The translations under genes were made by a program, and so were the position numbers. The notes under the pieces were generated by a model that was not told the origin of the DNA, made no database searches, and worked only from the letters and a program-made list of their open reading frames with translations. 64,000 nt of DNA from the human T2T-CHM13v2.0 reference genome, Homo sapiens. Location: NCBI RefSeq assembly GCF_009914755.1, contig NC_060931.1. The stretch is one strand, 5' to 3'. Shown one piece after another: positions 37,150 through 50,585 of the stretch (its first letter is position 1; every line of letters begins with the position of its first letter).

Positions 37150-40137
37150 AGAGTGACATCAGCAAGATGGTAGAATAAGACTTTCCCATACTTGTCCCCT
37201 CTCAGAACCATCAATTTGAACAAGTATCCATGCACAAACATATTTTCACAGGAGCTAAAGAAACAAGGTGAGTGATTACAGCAACTGTGTGTAGCACAGA
37301 AATAAGAAAACATTCATTGTAAAGAGTAGGAAGGGCAGTTTCACAATACCTGCATCAACCCTCCCTACTCCAGGCAGAACAATGCAGAGAGAGATACCCT
37401 CTGCATAGAGGAAAAAGAGGGGAGTAAATAACAGATTTTGTCTCAGACTCCAACGCTGGGCCAGCCTAGATGCCAACAGTGGGTCTGCACCAGGCAGACT
37501 TTCACAACCACAGTCTCTGAGCTGTTACCCACAGATTCAGCCTATCTGCCACTGCCAAATAGGTCCCCACAGATTCAGGCTCCTGGCTGGCCCCATGGCT
37601 CCAGAATTCAGGCGGCACATGCAGACTCAGTCTCCAGTCTCACTCCAGCACTAGGACAGCCCACCCCAATGCCAGGCTATCCCAGCAGCTTTGGCCTCCT
37701 GACACCTATGGGACTGGGCTGGCCTCCACAGCCCCACGTTTCAGTCCTGCCCCAAACTCTCTACTGGCCTAGAGTAAGGGTTCCCCTCATAACCCCAGCC
37801 TTCAGGCATGCCTCAGTGCCAGGCCAGGCCCTGGAGCCTCAGACTCCAGCAGACCCAGGGTTTAGGCCTGCACCAGCCAACTCAGGGTCTAGGCCAGTTC
37901 CAGCAGACCCCAGCACCAAGCTAGCCTCTGTGGACCCAGGTTCCAGGCCAGACCCAGGTTCCAGGAACTGGGCCCAACCTCATAGACCCAGGTACCTGGC
38001 TGACTCACCTACTGACCTAAGCACTAGGCCAGCTTGACCAAGGACTTCAACAGGCCCACCTACAGACCATGCCAGATGGCCTGCCTAAAATGATTGGACA
38101 AGTTGACATGTGAAGGGCTTATCTAGACAACTCCAGTCTGCAAAGACTGGAATAAGTCTCTGCTTCTTAAAGTGAGCAGACATCAATGCATGGCCATAAG
38201 GATCATGAACAATCACAAAACATGGCAACACCAAAGCAACAAATGAAGCACCAACAACTGACCTTACAAAAATGGAGATTTACAAACTGCCTGACAAATA
38301 ATTCAAAATAATCATCTTAAAGAAGCTCAGTGAGCTACAAGAGAATGTAAATAGACAAACAGATACAATTAGGAAAACAATACCTGAACAAAATTAGAAG
38401 TTCAATAAGAGAAGGAAACCATAAAATGAATCGAAGAGAAATTCTGGCACTAAACAGCACAATAACAGAAATGAACAACTCCATAGAGAGTTTCAGCAGC
38501 AGACTCGATCAAATGGGAAATACTTGGTGAACTCCAAAACAGGTCATTTCAAATTACTCAGTCAAAGGTGGGGGAAAGAATGAAAAAGAGTGAAAGAATG
38601 AAAAAGAGTGAAGAAAGCCTGCAAAAACTGTAGGATACCATCAAGAACCAATTTAGGCATAATGAATGTCCCAGAGAGAGCAGAGAAATAGAAGGAAAAA
38701 AAGAAGCTTTTTAAAATGATAGAAAACATCCCAAATATGGGAAAAGATATAAATATCCAGGTACAGAAAGCTCCAAGGTTTCCAGTCAGGTTTAATCTAA
38801 ATGAGACTACACCAAGACATATTATAATCAAACTGACAAAAATCAAAGACAAAGACATGATCCAGAAAGAGAAAAGAAGCATATCACATACAAGGGAGCA
38901 CCAATATGGCTCTCAAAAGATTTCTTAGCAGAAATCTTACAGGCCGAGAGAGTGGGTTGATTTACTCAAAGTGCCAAAGAGGAAAACAAAGACTGACAAC
39001 CAAGAATACTCGAATGACAAAGCTGTCCTTCAGAAATGAAGGAGAGATAAAGACTGTCCCAGACAAACAAAAGCTAAGGCAATTTACCACCACTGCACCT
39101 GCCTTACAATAACAGCTGAAGGGAGTTCTTCTACCTAAAAGAAAAGGACCCTAATTGGCAACATGAAACATGAAAGGAGATAACTTAATGGTAAAAGAAG
39201 TACACAGTCTAATTCAGAATACTCTAAAACCATAATGGTGGTGTGTTAATTACTTATATGTATAGTATAAAGGTTAAATTATAAACCATTAAAAATTACT
39301 ACAATAATTTTTAAGGGATACGTAACATAAAAAGATGTAAATGGTGACATCAAATATTCAAAATGTGTGGTGGAAGGGAGTAGAATAAAAATGTAGTGCT
39401 TTCTCAGAAATCTGTGGAACAAAAAAATGAAAAATAAATAAATAAATTTAAAATGTAGTGCTTTTTGTGGCCAAAGATAAGTTGTTATCAGCTTCAAATA
39501 AACTGTTATAACCACAAGACACTTTTTATAAGTGTTATAGTAACCACAAATCAAAAATCTATAATAGATGCTTTAAAAAAGTGAAAAACAAGGAATCAAA
39601 ACATACTATTAGGGAAAATCACTTAACCACAAAGGAAGGCAATAAGAGAGGAAGAGAGAAACAAAGTATAAATAAAACAACCAGAAAACAATTAACAAAA
39701 CGGCAGTAGTAAGTCCTTACTTTATAAATCATCACCTTGAATGTAAATGAATTAAATTCTCCAATCAAAAGGCAGAGTGGCTGAATGCATTAAAAGCAAG
39801 GCCCAGCTTGATGCTGCCTATAAGAGAGTCACTTCATGTGTAAGGACACATATAGACTGAAAGTGAAGTTATGAAAAAAGATTTTCCATGCAAATGAAAA
39901 CCAAAGGAGAGTAAGAGTAGCTATACTCATACCAGATAAAATAGACTTTAAGTCAAAAACTGTAGAAAGAAACAAAGAAAGTCATTACATAAATAATAAA
40001 GGGGTTAATTCAGCAAGAGGGTATAACAATACTCTGATGGAATGTGCTGTTGAAGATCTCTGTAGAGTTGCTCATTTTTGTCAATGTGGTTTTTGGTGCC
40101 AGAATTTCTCTTTATTTTTTTACAGTTTCTTTCTTGA

Positions 40138-40171
<34 letters not shown>

Positions 40172-42210
40172 TGTGTGTGTGTATATATATATACCTGATA
40201 TATATATATATGTGTGTGTGTGTGTATATATATATATGTGTATATCTATATATAAATATGTATATATCAAGCACAGGATCACCTAAACATAGAAAGCAAA
40301 TATTAATAGATCCAAGAAGAGAGAAGACTTCAATACAATAATAGTAGAGGACTTCAATACCCCACTTTTAGCAATGGACAGATTATCCAGGAAGAAAATG
40401 TTAAACTATACTCCAGACCAAATGGACCTAACACACATACACAGACCTTCCATAAACAGCTGCAGAATACACATTCTTCTTAACTGCACATGAAACAATG
40501 TCAATGTCTAGAATAAATCATATGTTAAAGCACAAAACAATTCATAATAAATTTAAGAAGATTGAAGTATCAAGGAGCTCTTCTGACCATGATGGTATCA
40601 AAATAGAAATGAATAACAGAAGGAACTTCAGAAAAAATACATGGAAATTAAATAATATGCTCCCTGACAACCAATGGGTCAATGAAGAAATAAAGAAAGA
40701 TGTTTAAAATCTTTTTAGCCAAATGAAAACAGAAGCACACCATACCAAAACACATGGGATACAGAAAAAACAGTTCTAAGAGGGAAGTTTAAAGCAATAA
40801 ATGCTTACATCAAAAAAGAAGAAATATTGCATACCAACAATCTCTGTTGTGCCTTAAGGAACTAGAAAAACAAGACTAAACTAAGCCCCAAATTAGTAGA
40901 ATAAATAAAATAATAACGATCAGAGCAGAAATAAATGAAGACTAACAACAATAAAAGCATCAAAAAAGTCTTCTTTTTGAAACGTTAAACAAAATCAACA
41001 AACTATTAGCTAGTCTTAAAAAAGGAGAGAAGACTGAGATAAAGAAAATCAGAATTGAAAAAGGAGACCTTACAATGATCATAAGAAACAATTATAAACA
41101 ATTATGCACCAAAAAATTGGATAATCTAGAAGAAATTGACAAATTTCTTGATACGTTTTATTTACCAAGATTGAATTATGAAGAAATAAAAAATCTGAAA
41201 AGATCATGATCGTGTAAAGAGATTGATTCCACAATAAAAAATCTCTCTTCAAAGAATAGCCCAGGACCTGATAGCTTCACTGCTGAGTTTTACCAAATAT
41301 TTAAAGAAGAACTAGTAAAAACTCTTCCAAAAAATTAAAGAGGAAGAAATACTTCCAAACTCATTCTTTAAGGCCAGCATTACCCTGATACCAAAACTAG
41401 ACAAGGATGTGGCAAGAAAAGAAAACTACAGTTTAATACACCTGATGAGCATAATGTAAACATTCTGAACAAAATACTAGCAAACCAAATTTAACAACAC
41501 ATTAAAAGGATTTTTCACCATGATCAAGTGGGAATCAGCCCAGGAAAGCAAGGATGGTTCAACATATGCGAATCAACATTAACAGAATGAAGGACAAAAA
41601 CCAAATGATCATTTCAATACATGCAGAAAAAGCATTTGACAAAATTCAGTATCCATTCATAATTTTTAAAAAAGATCTCTCAACAGATTAGGAATAGAAG
41701 GAATATATCTCAACCCAATAAAGGCCATGTATGACAAACCCACAGATAACATTGTACTCAATGGAAAAAAATTGGAAGTTTTTCCTCTAAGATCTAGAAC
41801 ATGACAAGGATTCCCACACTTTCCACTTCTAGTGAAAATTGTACTGAAAGTACTAGCCACATAAATTAGTCAATAAAAAGAAATAACATGCATTCAAGTT
41901 GAAAAGGAAGGGGTTAAATTGTCCCTGTTTGTGGACGGCATGATCTTATATATTTAAAAATCCCTAAAGTTTCCACCAAACAACTGTTGGAACTAATAAA
42001 TGAATTTAGTAAAGTTGTAGGGTACAAAATCACATACAAAAATCAGTAGTAATTCCATACACTAGCAGCAAACTATCTGAAAAAGAAATCAAGAAAATAA
42101 TCCTACTAACAATAGGTTATAAAATAACATATTTAGAAAGAACTTCAGCAAAGGAGATGATAGGCCTGTACATTGAAAACGATAAAACATTGATTAAACA
42201 AATTGAAGAC
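37150..42210 (+). mobile_element. Long decayed L1M/L1MA: 5' UTR with GC-rich repeats, ORF1 and ORF2, truncated at the 3' end
   Basis: 5' motif catcagcaagatgg. ORF1 peptides (ENIPNMGKDINIQVQKA...TPRHIIIKL; KLSFRNEGEIKT). ORF2 EN and RT motifs at 39700-42210. Confidence 0.9.
40139..40268. repeat. (TA)n/(TG)n compound microsatellite
   Basis: Seen directly. Confidence 0.95.
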
Positions 42211-43753
42211 ATGCCACTGCACCCAGCCTGCATTGATTCTTTTTAATTGTTTGGTTATAAGATGGCTTTACGCTTTTAAAAATTCCCAAGGACTCGAAGA
42301 GATTTTATGTGGGTATTCGTTGATAATTATTATTATATTACAAATTAAAACATCATTTTAAAGTATTTGGTTTTTATTCATTAAAAATAATCCCATTATA
42401 TGATAATATATATAACATTTATTAAAAATAGCTTTTATAAAGCCAAATAAACTGAAAAGATAGCATTGTTTCACATTTTTATAAAATTCTTTGTCTGTTT
42501 TACAAAATGACTGGATTTGTAAGTTTTCTGCTGCATCTGATTTTTCATAATTTCAAACATCACATAACATTTGGAATACCCTGTTACACCTTCACAAGAG
42601 AACAAGAGTGGGAAAAACTAATGATATCTTAAATTCTTATTAGAAAAACTTTGTTTTTTGAAACTTAATAAGGGCTCAGTAACTGTTGTTTATGGCTATT
42701 ATTTCCCTTCCTCGTTGTGAGCATATACATATTCCATTTCAGACAGAGATACACTTTGGCATTGGGAGATCAATTCCTTTTTAGGGTAGCCATAACAAGT
42801 TCTATGGGAACCAAGTCACAACCTCTCTTATACCTTCATGAGAACTAAAGAGGTGTGTGAATTCATAAAACTGTAGCAATTTTATGTGTTTGGATACTAT
42901 AATTTGTGATATTTCTCTCAAGTTATTTACTCTTGAGATATTTGAAAATCTGTATGCATACTGTGTGATGCCAAGATGTGTCCTTCCTTTTTCCTACAAT
43001 TTTCCTCCAAGGACAATCAGACACAATCTTTGCTCTCCTCCAGAGAGAAGAGTCAGGGAACAATTATTTTCCCCTTAGGGAGAAGGTAGAAAGATATGAG
43101 GTCTCATAATCCTTCTGGGAATTTACTTCTTAGCTAATTCTAAATAAAACCCTTATTCCTTGAGGTTTAGTTTAGAGCTTCTTACTCTATTTTGATAGCA
43201 TCAGCAAGTGGAGTATATGCTGCCAAATCTGGGATTTGTTCCTCTGGAGTCAGCTAGAGTTTCTTATAGCACATAACTCATCTATGTAGTGTTTATTCTA
43301 GTTCAAAGTTTACCCCTGAGGAATATCTAGTGCTTACACCTTCTTATGCAGAACAGATTTATTTGCACTGTGAGATGGTTTTCAGTACTGCTAAAGTAGG
43401 ACAGAGTGGCAGCAAAAATCCTCATGGCTATGCAGAGAGGAATGACACTCCTGGGTGGCATATCCTAAGTTCTTCCTAACTTAAAGTTTGTGTACCAGGT
43501 AGATGAAATAGAAATATAGATGCACCCCACTCCCACCCAGCTCTGGGAGGTTCTGCCTGCTGTGTTATGGCCAGGAGCCTTCTGATTGCTTAGCAACTTT
43601 CTCTCCATCAACTCCCAGTGCGGAGGGATGGTGGTCATCTAAATTGGCCCAACTCTATTAATTGAGAAGGCAACTAAAAGTAAGAGAGCTTCAAATGCAG
43701 GCAATGCCTCTGGATAAGGATATTTTGGATAAGCCAAAAGGATGAAAGGATCT

Positions 43754-43775
43754 TAGATAGATGAGATAGATAGAT

Positions 43776-43869
<94 letters not shown>

Positions 43870-43876
43870 GATAGAT
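43754..43876. repeat. (GATA)n tetranucleotide STR
   Basis: Long, nearly pure TAGA array with TGA interruptions. Confidence 0.97.
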
Positions 43877-44054
43877 TAACTAGACAGGCAGACAGAGAGA
43901 GAGAACTACATATACATAATATATATTTATTATATAGATTATATACATATGTAATCTATCACAGATGAAGATATTCGAAGAAACTTCTGTTACTAGAAAA
44001 TAAAATTCTGGTAGCAGCTGCAGTAAATTCTTTCCCTTGCAGAAACAGTGTAAG

Positions 44055-44062
44055 AGGTAAGT
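44055..44062 (+). promoter_or_regulatory. Candidate splice donor of a 5' non-coding exon for OR2A3P
   Basis: AG|GTAAGT, aligned to 27107-27114. Confidence 0.5.
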
Positions 44063-46559
44063 TTGTAATATAGTTACTTCTTTTTGAAATTTTCTAAACT
44101 ATTAATCTCACTGTCAAAAATTATTCGACTCAAAAATTACTGTATGTGATATGGGATTCATCTTACCACAAAATAGAGCAGAAAGAGTGCCAATTCTTCT
44201 GATCAGAGTTGAAGAAATAAGATAAAGCACAGTTACAGCTCAGTTACAGGACTGTCCCAGGAGAGTATTTTACATACTGATCCTTCATACTATTGTTTTC
44301 TGCATTTCTACTATTTTATTGGCTCTATTTGGAAGGAAAAAATTTATTTAGGTACCTTAAGTTTTTCTCCTATATTTCAATGCTGCACCTTCTAAAAAGT
44401 TTTGCTCTTTCTTCACTATTATTTTCATGTTTATTTTTTAACAGTGAAATATCTCCAGATGGCAATGGAGATAAAGGATTTAATAATTCAGAGAAAAAAA
44501 TAATTAAACGAAAAAGTTAAGATGTTACTACATCCATTTTTATATTACAGGAATTTTCTTTAGTTGTAGCAAAAATTCATGTTATGAACTTCATGCACAT
44601 TTATATAAACCTCCCAAAATATATTCATATTTATAGATCTAAGACTGTCTCTCATTTGAGTTTGAGCCATTGCTCTTAAGATGCCACTGCCATAAAATAT
44701 ATGCCTCTCTAAGGCTGATATTTTGCAAAAGTTCACAACATAGCCTTCAAGGTCTTCAAGGTCCCTTTTTACTTTATTTTACTTTCTTATAAACTAAGTT
44801 TCCAATAAAGCAATTATCCTGAAACTGTCTTCTTATATGCAACATTCAAAGCAGGTATAAGACATTAACCATTTATGTATTACCTGTTTTCCCTACAGAT
44901 ATAATACAGTTCTTTTGTTTAAGCTTATTCAAGTATATCCTATAGAAATAATGTCTATCAAATTATGTGAATTATTCATGACATTTTAATAAATCCATTT
45001 TCAAATGATTAACTTATAACTCTGAACGTTTCCTAGTAAAGTTAAAATCATGTCTTGGTAATTGATAGAAACTGACAAATAGAAGACATTAGTATATGTA
45101 TTTTTCAACTAAATATAACAATATGTTTAACTAGCATTTTCTATTTTCCTGTTTCATCCAATACTATTTTAGTTATTATCAGGGCCATAAAGATGTTTAA
45201 TACTTATAACCCATCCATAAGACTTTTATAACTGAGTATAGAAGGCATATCAGCTCAAATAGATGACATTTGATATCAAATGCCTCTTCCTTTTTAATTT
45301 TATCTTGAGCATGCAACATATCTTCAAAATAGGAATATAACTCTTTTCACAGTTTTTACTGACAAACCTGTATACACTTAACAGGTGTCTGAAGAGCTTC
45401 CTTATAAGAATCTACTCTCATTCCCTAGAAGACTCTCTTTATAGGCTGATTACATAGACTTTCAATGAAATGTAAGGAAACAGGCTATCACCTTCCTTTC
45501 TATGGTAGCTGGTTGTAGACAAACAAAAGAATCCCCCAACTTGAGGAGCCCTGTGTCTCTGCTGCTCTCTGAGCCACCCCTGTGGATTATACATTGAGGT
45601 AGTTGATAAGCACAGTAACAACACTAGTATTTTTGAATAATCCAGATTCAATTTCTAGCTTCATATATGCCTGCCTCATAATTTACATTTACCTATGCCT
45701 GGTATTCTCCAAAGTGATATACAATATTTTCCAAAATATTTATATTGTTAAATCCATCCCACTTTCAAGAACATAAAAAATAATGTCAATAATAAACATG
45801 AATTAAATTACATCCATCATTGTAAAAGAAATAATTCATATTTATCTGGGAATATGTTAGTTCTGTAGAAAATATACTTTGACTATGAGCAATAAAAATA
45901 ACATCACAGTTATGCAATATTATGTATTTTAAAGCTATGGCATTGATATATTAAAATGTTGTTTACACTGTAATGACTGTATAGGTAAAGATATCTCTGT
46001 GTAATGGATGATGTGGATCTGAAAAATCAAGTCATTCCAGATGTCACTTATCTAGGAAACAGGAGTTCTTCATGGGCCATGAACTGAAATTAAGAATAAA
46101 ATAATAGATGCAAAATAAAAGACATATAATTTGCTCTTAATTATATAGGTAAAAGGATGTCTAGGAAGGAAATCCTGAATGGTGGGTTTTGAGATAACGA
46201 CTTTCACAGAAAGTGTCTAGATCCTGGGCAGTAAGAAATAGTAAAATGTCCCATAAAGCTGTAATCAGTGGATTTTATCCCAGGTTTGATGGAAGTATAT
46301 TAAAACAGGACCAATGACCAATTAGCCAATGACCAATTAACCTCTCAGAGTCAGCATGTCAAAGCTGAAAATCTAAACGTAGGACAATGTCATAGGAAAG
46401 GTGAATGAGAGTATGATGCCCTGATTGCTAAGTCAGAGGCTTTTTACCAATAACTAGTTTCTTCCAGGGTACTATATCTGATTTTTTGTTAGTTTGCTAG
46501 ACAGTAATGGTTATAACCCATTGAATTAAAAATTCCATGTGTCCACATTAATTGATTGA

Positions 46560-46607
46560 CAGATAAATAGAAAGAAAGAAAAAGAAAGAAGAAAAAAAAG
46601 AGAGAAA

Positions 46608-46638
<31 letters not shown>

Positions 46639-46720
46639 AAGAAAGAAAGAAAGAAAGAAAGAAAAGAAAGAAAGAAAGGAAAGAAAGAAAGAAAATAGGC
46701 AGATAGATAGGCAGATAGAT
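46560..46720. repeat. (GAAA)n plus GATA/GGCA simple repeat inside an old L1
   Basis: Seen directly. Confidence 0.95.
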
Positions 46721-47698
46721 CAAGCTCATTCTCACAGTAAAGCCAACTAATAAATATAAAAGGAATGAGGGAGTTAGAATGACACATTTTGCAAACATCA
46801 TTACTTATAATGGAGTCAGGTAAGATAATCAATAGATGCTTTAATGAGTGGCTGAGAATTTAATAAAAACAAGATATGTATATATTAGTTTTAATATATT
46901 TCCCAGAAATTATACTAGAAAAAAAGGATAATTTTATAATGGAGATAGACGATTTCAATATTGGAGCAAATTAACATTATCTGCCTACTAATAGAAGGCA
47001 TTGAGATGGACACATAGATTCATCTCCTGTTAAAAATTTAAAGTCTGGATAAAAATATGGAGGGTCAATAGAAAACCCATTCATTTTGAGAACATTCTGT
47101 GAAACAACTTGTTTGTACTTTTCAAAAATATTAATGTCTAGACAGAGGGAGAGTGCCAGATCAGAATAGATTAACTGTGGGATATTGCATCACATCTTGA
47201 ACAGGAAGGACAGAAGATGCTCTATTTAGAAAAGAATATTATGTCAAGATCACATTTCCTGATTTTGATAATAGTACTGTGGTTAGATAAGTGAATACCT
47301 TTGTTCTTGGATAAAATAGAGAACTTAGGAGTAAACAGGTATCATGGATACACAGTAGTCTTAAGTGTCCCAGAAAAAATAATAATATATATTAATATAG
47401 ACAAAAAGAGAACACAAGCAAATATGAAAAAAATTATTAACAATTGTTGAATCTAGATGAAATGTGTATGAGAGTATTGTTTCTAATTCTTGGTACTTAT
47501 CTGAAGGTTTGAATTACTTTACAATAAAAAGTTAAAAACAAAAACAGAAAGAAACACTGAGGGAAAAGGTGAGTCAAGTAGGCACAAATATATACATGCT
47601 TCCTCTGAGCTCATTTTGAAATAAATAACTCATTTTCTTTGATTCTCCAACCCTGACCTTTCATCACACTCTGGTCCTTTACAAAGTATCATTAAGGA

Positions 47699-48631
47699 AT
47701 GGGGGACAACCAATCACGGGTCACAGAATTCATCCTGGTTGGATTCCAGCTCAGTGTGGAGATGGAAGTGCTCCTCTTCTGGATCTTCTCCCTGTTATAT
47801 CTCTTCAGCCTGCTGGCAAATGGCATGATCTTGGGGCTCATCTGTCTGGATCCCAGACTGCGCACCCCCATGTACTTCTTCCTGTCACACTTGGCCGTCA
47901 TTGACATATACTATGCTTCCAGCAATTTGCTCAACATGCTGGAAAACCTAGTGAAACACAAAAAAACTATCTCGTTCATCTCTTGCATTATGCAGATGGC
48001 TTTGTATTTGACTTTTGCTGCTGCAGTGTGCATGATTTTGGTGGTGATGTCCTATGACAGATTTGTGGCGATCTGCCATCCCCTGCATTACACTGTCATC
48101 ATGAACTGGAGAGTGTGCACAGTACTGGCTATTACTTCCTGGGCATGTGGATTTTCCCTGGCCCTCATAAATCTAATTCTCCTTCTAAGGCTGCCCTTCT
48201 GTGGGCCCCAGGAGGTGAACCACTTCTTCGGTGAAATTCTGTCTGTCCTCAAACTGGCCTGTGCAGACACCTGGATTAATGAAATTTTTGTCTTTGCTGG
48301 TGGTGTGTTTGTCTTAGTCGGGCCCCTTTCCTTGATGCTGATCTCCTACATGCGCATCCTCTTGGCCATCCTGAAGATCCAGTCAAAGGAGGGCCGCAAA
48401 AAAGCCTTTTCCACCTGCTCCTCCCACCTCTGTGTGGTTGGGCTTTACTTTGGCATGGCCATGGTGGTTTACCTGGTCCCAGACAACAGTCAACGACAGA
48501 AGCAGCAGAAAATTCTCACCCTGTTTTACAGCCTTTTCAACCCATTGCTGAACCCCCTCATCTACAGCCTGCGGAATGCTCAAGTGAAGGGTGCCTTATA
48601 CAGAGCACTGCAGAAAAAGAGGACCATGTGA
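47699..48631 (+). CDS. OR2A3P: OR2A subfamily olfactory receptor, open 310-aa frame (locus I recall as the pseudogene OR2A3P)
   Basis: Uninterrupted ORF with NQS, LRTPMYFFLSHLA, MSYDRFVAICHP, KAFSTCSSHL and PLLNPLIYSLRN. It lacks the ECL2 cysteine (NHFFGE). The symbol is inferred from cluster order. Confidence 0.8.
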   Translation: MGDNQSRVTEFILVGFQLSVEMEVLLFWIFSLLYLFSLLANGMILGLICLDPRLRTPMYFFLSHLAVIDIYYASSNLLNMLENLVKHKKTISFISCIMQMALYLTFAAAVCMILVVMSYDRFVAICHPLHYTVIMNWRVCTVLAITSWACGFSLALINLILLLRLPFCGPQEVNHFFGEILSVLKLACADTWINEIFVFAGGVFVLVGPLSLMLISYMRILLAILKIQSKEGRKKAFSTCSSHLCVVGLYFGMAMVVYLVPDNSQRQKQQKILTLFYSLFNPLLNPLIYSLRNAQVKGALYRALQKKRTM

Positions 48632-48914
48632 ATGAGGGGAGAATTTTGGTTCAGTTGATCTACCTTTATGAGATGTGGTTTGCTTGTGCAATACAACGCA
48701 GAAAAAGTCCACAAGAAGAGGCTTCATTTAAGAATGAAAATTATCTAGATTTTGGCCCTGAAAATGGGAACAAATTTCATGGGTATGCCCATCTTCTTAT
48801 ATTAAGTAGCCTTGTTAGGATACAGAATAGCTATGTTAGAATATCTAATTTTTTGTTTAAAATAATGACATATTTTAAAAAATCAGAAATAGGACTACAT
48901 GGAGATAAAATAAT

Positions 48915-49055
48915 TATTATTTTATAATTTCAACTTTTGTTTTAGATTCAGGGGGTACATGTGCAGGTTTGTTACATGGTTATATCATGTGATGCTGAAA
49001 TTTGGTGTGAGATAGAACCCATCACCCAGGAAGTGAGTATACTATCCAACAGAAA
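48915..49055 (-). mobile_element. Short L1PB-like 3' end
   Basis: tttcaacttttgttttagattcagggggtacatgtgcaggtttgttacatgg. Confidence 0.85.
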
Positions 49056-49059
49056 GTTA

Positions 49060-49880
49060 CATCAACACATTACTCTTCGCTGATCAATCAGGACATATGT
49101 AACTCCTACCATTACCTGGTAGCAGCTAAAAACGGTAGATTAAAATCAATATTAAGAGAAAAAACTTCCAAGAGAAACCAGAACTTTAATAAACAGTAAT
49201 GTAGAGCAATGTGTTCCTACTTCACTGATTATGAGGACAATGAAATAAATGACTGAGAAATTATAAATTCCTTTTGGGAATAATTCAGAAAAGTAAACAA
49301 GAAAACATTGTGGAAAACTTCAATGAGAAGAAAGAAAGAGAGAGAGAGAAAGAAAAAAAGAAAGAGAGAAAGAGAGAGAGAGGGAGAGAGGGAGAGAGGG
49401 AGGGAGGGAGGGGGAAGGGAGGGAGGGAAAGAGAAAAGGAGAGAAGGAAAGAAGGAAGGAAGGAAGGAAGGAAGGAAATAGATAGATAGAAAATAGATAG
49501 ACAATTGTATATTTCAAGCTGTATGATATGACCAACTGAATGAAATCCATTTGAAAATGTTTAAATGGTCTGGAAGGCAAGAGTTCTAAGCGTGGCTCTA
49601 ATTTTACATTTATTCATGGTTATGGTAATTACCAATATGGCAAGATTGAGTCACCTGTAGGGGATCTTGGGTAATATTCAATTTATCTTAAGGTGGGTTG
49701 TGATAACACCAAGAGATATGAAACAACTCTGATATAACCAACATCGTCTGCCTTTCATGTTGGTAAAAAGTTCTTTGGATTTGTGAAACAAGATTGAGCA
49801 ACACTCATTATGCTAATGATGGTACAATCAGTAAAGGTGGCTTTTCTATAGTCATCAGCTAAAGCATTTATTTTTTAAAG
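49060..49880 (-). mobile_element. Ancient LTR-retroelement integrase remnant, interrupted by a GA-rich repeat
   Basis: The minus strand gives PSRPFKHFQMDFIQLVISYSLKYTIV, then LIEVF after the repeat, then ISEVGTH near 49210-49230. These resemble the integrase core QMDF...WVEAF...SDNGTHF. Confidence 0.7.
49325..49500. repeat. GA-rich simple repeat ((GA)n/(GGGA)n/(GGAA)n)
   Basis: Seen directly. Confidence 0.95.
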
Positions 49881-50585
49881 TATTCTCTTTATTATAAACT
49901 TCAATAGTAATAACTGAGATTTAAGTTGGTGTTCTATTGTCTCAATTTCCTTTTATCTACTAATTTCCTTTTATCTATTAATAAATTAATGGATTTAACT
50001 AATCCATTAGTTTTTAGTGCAATTTTATTTTTATTTTATTAATTTTATTTTATTATTTTTAGTGTAGTTTTAAGTTTACAGAAAAATTAAGTGCTAAGAG
50101 TTACATATACCCTCTAAACCCTCTCCACACAAATTGTGTCCCCTATAATTAATATCATGCCTTATGTGTGGTACAGTTATTACAACTGGTTGGTCAATAT
50201 TTGTACATTAACATTAAATATAGCTCATAGCTTACATTAGGGTCCACTGTTTGTGTTGTACATTCTAAAGGTTTTAACAAATATATAATGTCATGTATCC
50301 AATATTACAGCATATAGAATAGTTTCACTGCCCTAAAAATCCCCTGTGCTCTACCTATTTATCTCGCTCTCCCTCCTCCAAAACTCCTGGAACCAGTAAT
50401 CTTTTTAGTAGTTATATAGTTTTGCCTTTTCCAAATTATTTAGTTGAGATCATACAGTATATAGCCCTTTAAGAATGGCTCCTTTCTGAGAAACATGCTA
50501 TACTAACTAAGGTTCTTCCATGTCTTTTTGTGGCTTGGTAACTCACTACTTTTTATCACAGAATATGCTGTTATCTGCATATGCC

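Noticed and set aside
37438-38037. 199-aa Pro-rich ORF
   Set aside because: It lies in the GC-rich repetitive 5' UTR of an old L1, starts at TTG and has low complexity.
46526-46832. Phe/Ser/Leu-rich hydrophobic ORFs (also 49229-49504 and 40005-40286)
   Set aside because: They are translations of microsatellites.
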